Positions 60,701 to 64,000 of a stretch of 64,000 nucleotides of DNA are shown here, piece by piece; position 1 is the first letter of the stretch; each line of letters begins with the position of its first letter. The DNA comes from Cyanophora paradoxa CCMP329 (Eukaryota; Plantae; Glaucophyta): NCBI GenBank assembly GCA_004431415.1, contig QPMI01000564.1, positions 124,001-188,000 on the forward strand, in the 5' to 3' direction. The position numbers and the translations under genes are program-made. The notes beneath the pieces were generated by a model. The model was given only the letters and a program-made list of their open reading frames with translations. It did not search any database and was not told the DNA's origin.

Positions 60701-61275
60701 GCGGGGCGTGCCGGGGCCCAGGGCATGCCGGGGGGCGGCGGGGGGTGTTCGGGGCCGGCGCTGCGGGCCTGGGCTGCATGCGCAGTTCATCATGCCAGGC
60801 CAGGCCTCGGCCTAGGGACGCGCGAATACGTGGCGCGCGCGTCGCCGGGCCGCGCGCGCGTGCGCGCACGCGCGCCGCTGCGAGGCTCGCGCCAGCTAGC
60901 GAGCCTGCTGCGCTGTCCTAGCTAGGTCTGTAGCTGCTTCGATCCGGGCTGCGAGCGCTCCCTGCAGCTGGGCTCGCGCACTGCGCCGAGCTCGAGGCTA
61001 GCGCTGCTGCAGCTAGCTAGCGGCTGCTAGCCTAGTAGCCCGCGCGGCTAGCTAGCGCTAGCCCTAGCTAGAGCGCTACTAGGCTAGCTAGCCGTGCCTG
61101 GCCCATGGCAGCTTGCGCCGGCACATCGAATCGATGTGCGCGCCCATTGGCCAGATCTCGTGTGACTCATTGGCCGCGGCACAGCCGGCACACCAGGACA
61201 CATGGATGATCAAAACAACACGAGGCCTGGTGTGGAAAAGTGATTTCCACACGGGTATCATTTCCACACGGAACA
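57741..61275. mobile_element. non-autonomous long-TIR transposon with TGT...ACA ends (Ginger-like)
   Basis: CGCT|TGTTCCGTGTGGAAATG...CATTTCCACACGGAACA|CGCT: 4-bp duplication, inverted arms of about 400 bp decaying out to about 500 bp, no transposase ORF seen. Confidence 0.85.
59396..60286. repeat. 171-bp tandem satellite, 5 full units plus a partial
   Basis: The phase marker before GAATCCATGTATAAT recurs at 59413, 59584, 59757, 59928, 60099 and 60270 (spacing 171, 173, 171, 171, 171). Confidence 0.95.
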
Positions 61276-63330
61276 CGCTCGCATGCGCATTGCGCACCTC
61301 ATGATCATCATCAGTCGCTTCGATTCAAGTTAATTTAAGAGCCGGCGGGCCGCCAGCTGCAGCCGTTTATATCTGTTTTGCGCGTGTCCGCCGGGCCGCG
61401 CGCGCGCGCGGTTGCGCCGCGCCTCACGCGAAAGCAGCGGGGAAGCAGCGGCGCCGGCGGACCTAGGCCTCAGGCGGACGCGGGCCTGCCACGAGCGCGG
61501 CTCGAGCTCCAGGCTCCCGTACGCGTACGTATAGGCGCGCGGCTACCAACGCGCGGCTCTCAAGCACTTATATATTTAAGCTGGACGTAGCGGGCGCGCA
61601 CTTCAGCTTGCCGCAGTGCGGTTAGCAGGTCTGCAACCGCGCCAATTGCAAGTTCACGATCTAGAGCCAGCGGCCGCGGGCCGCCATGGCCATCGATATC
61701 GTATTCGCACATGTTCAAGAGCTTGCGGGCCGCCATCCGATGATCTGCAGCCGTCTATATCTGTTTTGCGCGTGTCGACGTCCGCGCCGCGGCCGCGGCG
61801 CCGGCGCGCGCGCGCGCGGTTGCAATTGCGCCGCGCCTCGCGCGACATGTATACGTACAGCTACAGGCCTAGGGTGAGCGCGGACACGTGCACGCGTTCG
61901 CATTCGCATGCGCGGCGGAAGCAGCCGGGAAGCACCGGCGGAGCTCCCTCCGAGTGGTGCGCGCGTCCCGGCCCCGCCCTGAAGTCGTACTTCGATCGCG
62001 AGCGCATACGCAGGAGATCGCGATCGAGACCTGAACAGTGGCGTCCGCGGCCGGCGCGTTCGCGGCGGAGCCGGTCGAAAAGCAGCTGAATTCCCCGCTT
62101 GGTGCGCGCCTCCCCGCTCTTCAGCGCCGCGCCTCGCGCGACGCGGCGGGGCGAGCGCAGGAGACCTGAACTCGGAACCGCGGCGCAATCACATTACCGC
62201 GCGCGGCTGGAGGCCCCGATTAAAAAACAAAGCGCGGCCACTAGTACTGGGCCATCCTCACGCCTTGAAGCCCCAAGATCCCAAGTCCACTCCTGCTCCG
62301 CAGGGACTCGCTTGTTATGAGAAAAACGGCGCCGGCACTGCCTTATGATCGTGAGTGCGCGTGCCGTGTGCGGCGGTGACTGGCACTGACTGCAGCTAGC
62401 GCTGCGCTGCGCATGCGGCGACTCTGCGCATGCCAGCTAGAGTCCGACGGTCTGCGCATATGCACGGTTATGCATGCCGCATGCGCATTGCGCATGCGCA
62501 CCGCGGCGCCCGGCGGCCGGCGCCGGCTCCGGGCTAGCGCGGCGGCGGCCGCCCCCGGCGGCGGCCCGGCGGCCCGGCGGCTATAGCTATTAGCTAGCGC
62601 TGCAGGCTGCAGCCGGCGAGCTGGCATAGCCTGGCAGGCAGTACTAGTGGCACACGTGCACTGGCACGGCAGCCCGGGGCCTGGCAGCCTGGCGGCTGGC
62701 TGGCGGCTGGCTGGCGCTTCAGGTTTCCGAAGCGCTAGCTATAGCGCTTCTGCCGCTGCATGCAGATCTAGAGGGGCGCCGCCGCCGCCGAGCGGCCCGG
62801 GCGGGATGATGCGCCGGGATCCGGAAGAAATTAAAGCAAGCAACGCCGTGACGAGCGCGATCAGATATCATAGTGTATATGTCGCGATTGCGGGCCTCTG
62901 AGGTTCGCGATCGCGTGCGCGCGAGGCGCCGGCCTAGCCGCCTGGGCTCTCGGAGGCCGCCCTCCAGATCCCCTGTGAGTCCAGACTCCAGACTCCAGAT
63001 CTAGATGTGAGAGTCCGACCAGCACTCGGGGAGTGCACACACGTGGGGCCAGGCCCGAGCCTCGGAGGCCCCCCGGCTCAGGGGGGCCAGGCTTAAGGCC
63101 CGGGCCCGCGCAGGCTACTCATACCAAAGCCGATCGAGATCTCGAGGTGGCGCCGCGCGGCTACATTTACTCCCAGCGAAATTCTACGAGCTCGCGACTA
63201 ACATGTACAACCAAAAATCAAAACTCGTTCTGAAGTGGCCGGGCCATGGCTAACGCCTGAGAAATGTAGCGGTCGTCACGGTGACGGCGATATCACTGAT
63301 CATGACATCGGAAATCAGGCCAAGATGTAG

Positions 63331-64000
63331 CTAGGGGGCTGCCAGGCGCCAGCGCGCAATGTACTCTTTGCCCTCCCGCATCGGGTGCGACTCGGTGACC
63401 CGCCGCAGCAGCTGCGCGGCGAGGTTCAGGAGGGGGTACAGGCTCACTCGCCGGGGTACGAAGCCGCTCGCGATCGCTCATGACCACGCACCGTGGCCTC
63501 AAAGCCGAGGGGGGTAAGGAGGCCCGCCACGAGGTCCTGCACAGTTCGAAATGTCGGCCGAGGGCGCCGGGGTGGGTACAGTAATAGTGTCCTGGGAGGG
63601 GTAGGACTGCGCGGACCAGGCTCATCGCGTACGGGGGTCCGGTCGTGTGGGTGCCGATGGGGAAGATCTTCGCGGGGGGAGGGGGTACGTCACACTTGAT
63701 TCGGCGGTATAACGGGGGTACGTGCGCACCAGGGTGACGAGCTCGCCCCCCGGGGCAACGAGGGAGGCCATCTTCTCGGCCCACTTCTGCCTCAGCTCGG
63801 GCGGCAGCGCGCACAGGAACGTATAGCTGGGGGGACGCAGTCGGAAACGACTGGAACAAGCGGAGATGGGGGGGTACGGCACGAACTCGTAAACCAGGTC
63901 GAACTTGTCCCGCGGGGACTCGCCCAAGTCGAAGAATGACGCCTCCACGAACCGAACCCGGGACCGCCAGGCGGTGGAGGCGGCGTCGGCTCCCGCCTCT
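63331..64000 (-). CDS. thiol/halide S-methyltransferase (TPMT family, HOL-like), 3' part
   Basis: RVRFVEASFFDL...KFDLVY.|YTFLCALPPELRQKWAEKMASLVAPGGELVTL|IFPIGTHTTGPPYAMSL|DLVAGLLTPLGF...|...SHPMREGKEYIARWRLAAP*; truncated by the window edge. Confidence 0.88.

Overview
Eukaryotic nuclear DNA, very GC-rich and dense in short introns, so the ORF track is mostly misleading and the genes below were rebuilt by hand-splicing. A flagellar-type gene, a cyanobacterial-style multi-GAF kinase and the intron style point to a flagellate alga or protist, reminiscent of the glaucophyte Cyanophora (inference only). Genes in order: 3' end of a SAM-domain-like gene; a head-to-head pair of guanylate-binding-protein (GBP)/atlastin-family GTPases; a pseudogenic partial duplicate; a large, apparently disrupted orphan gene with tandemly duplicated exons; a secreted beta-propeller-like protein; a TPR-RING-GRF zinc-finger protein; an axonemal dynein light chain-domain/EF-hand protein; a BTB protein; a five-GAF hybrid histidine kinase; and the 3' part of a thiol/halide methyltransferase. 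Mobile DNA: two TA-flanked pogo/Tc1-like MITEs, a non-autonomous CACTA element, two 5'-truncated non-LTR insertions with clean target-site duplications, a foldback element, and a 3.5 kb TGT...ACA Ginger-like element carrying a 171-bp satellite. The best candidate for an undescribed system is the GBP pair. Both proteins have R-N-W where the family G4 motif has R-D, both lack a CaaX box or transmembrane anchor, and both end in a Gly-rich tail plus a near-identical GRTIYTGPRGGQYYINxNGNxxY module resembling the PBCV-specific basic adaptor domain. No rRNA, tRNA or CRISPR array was recognised. All domain names are motif recognition by eye, not database results.
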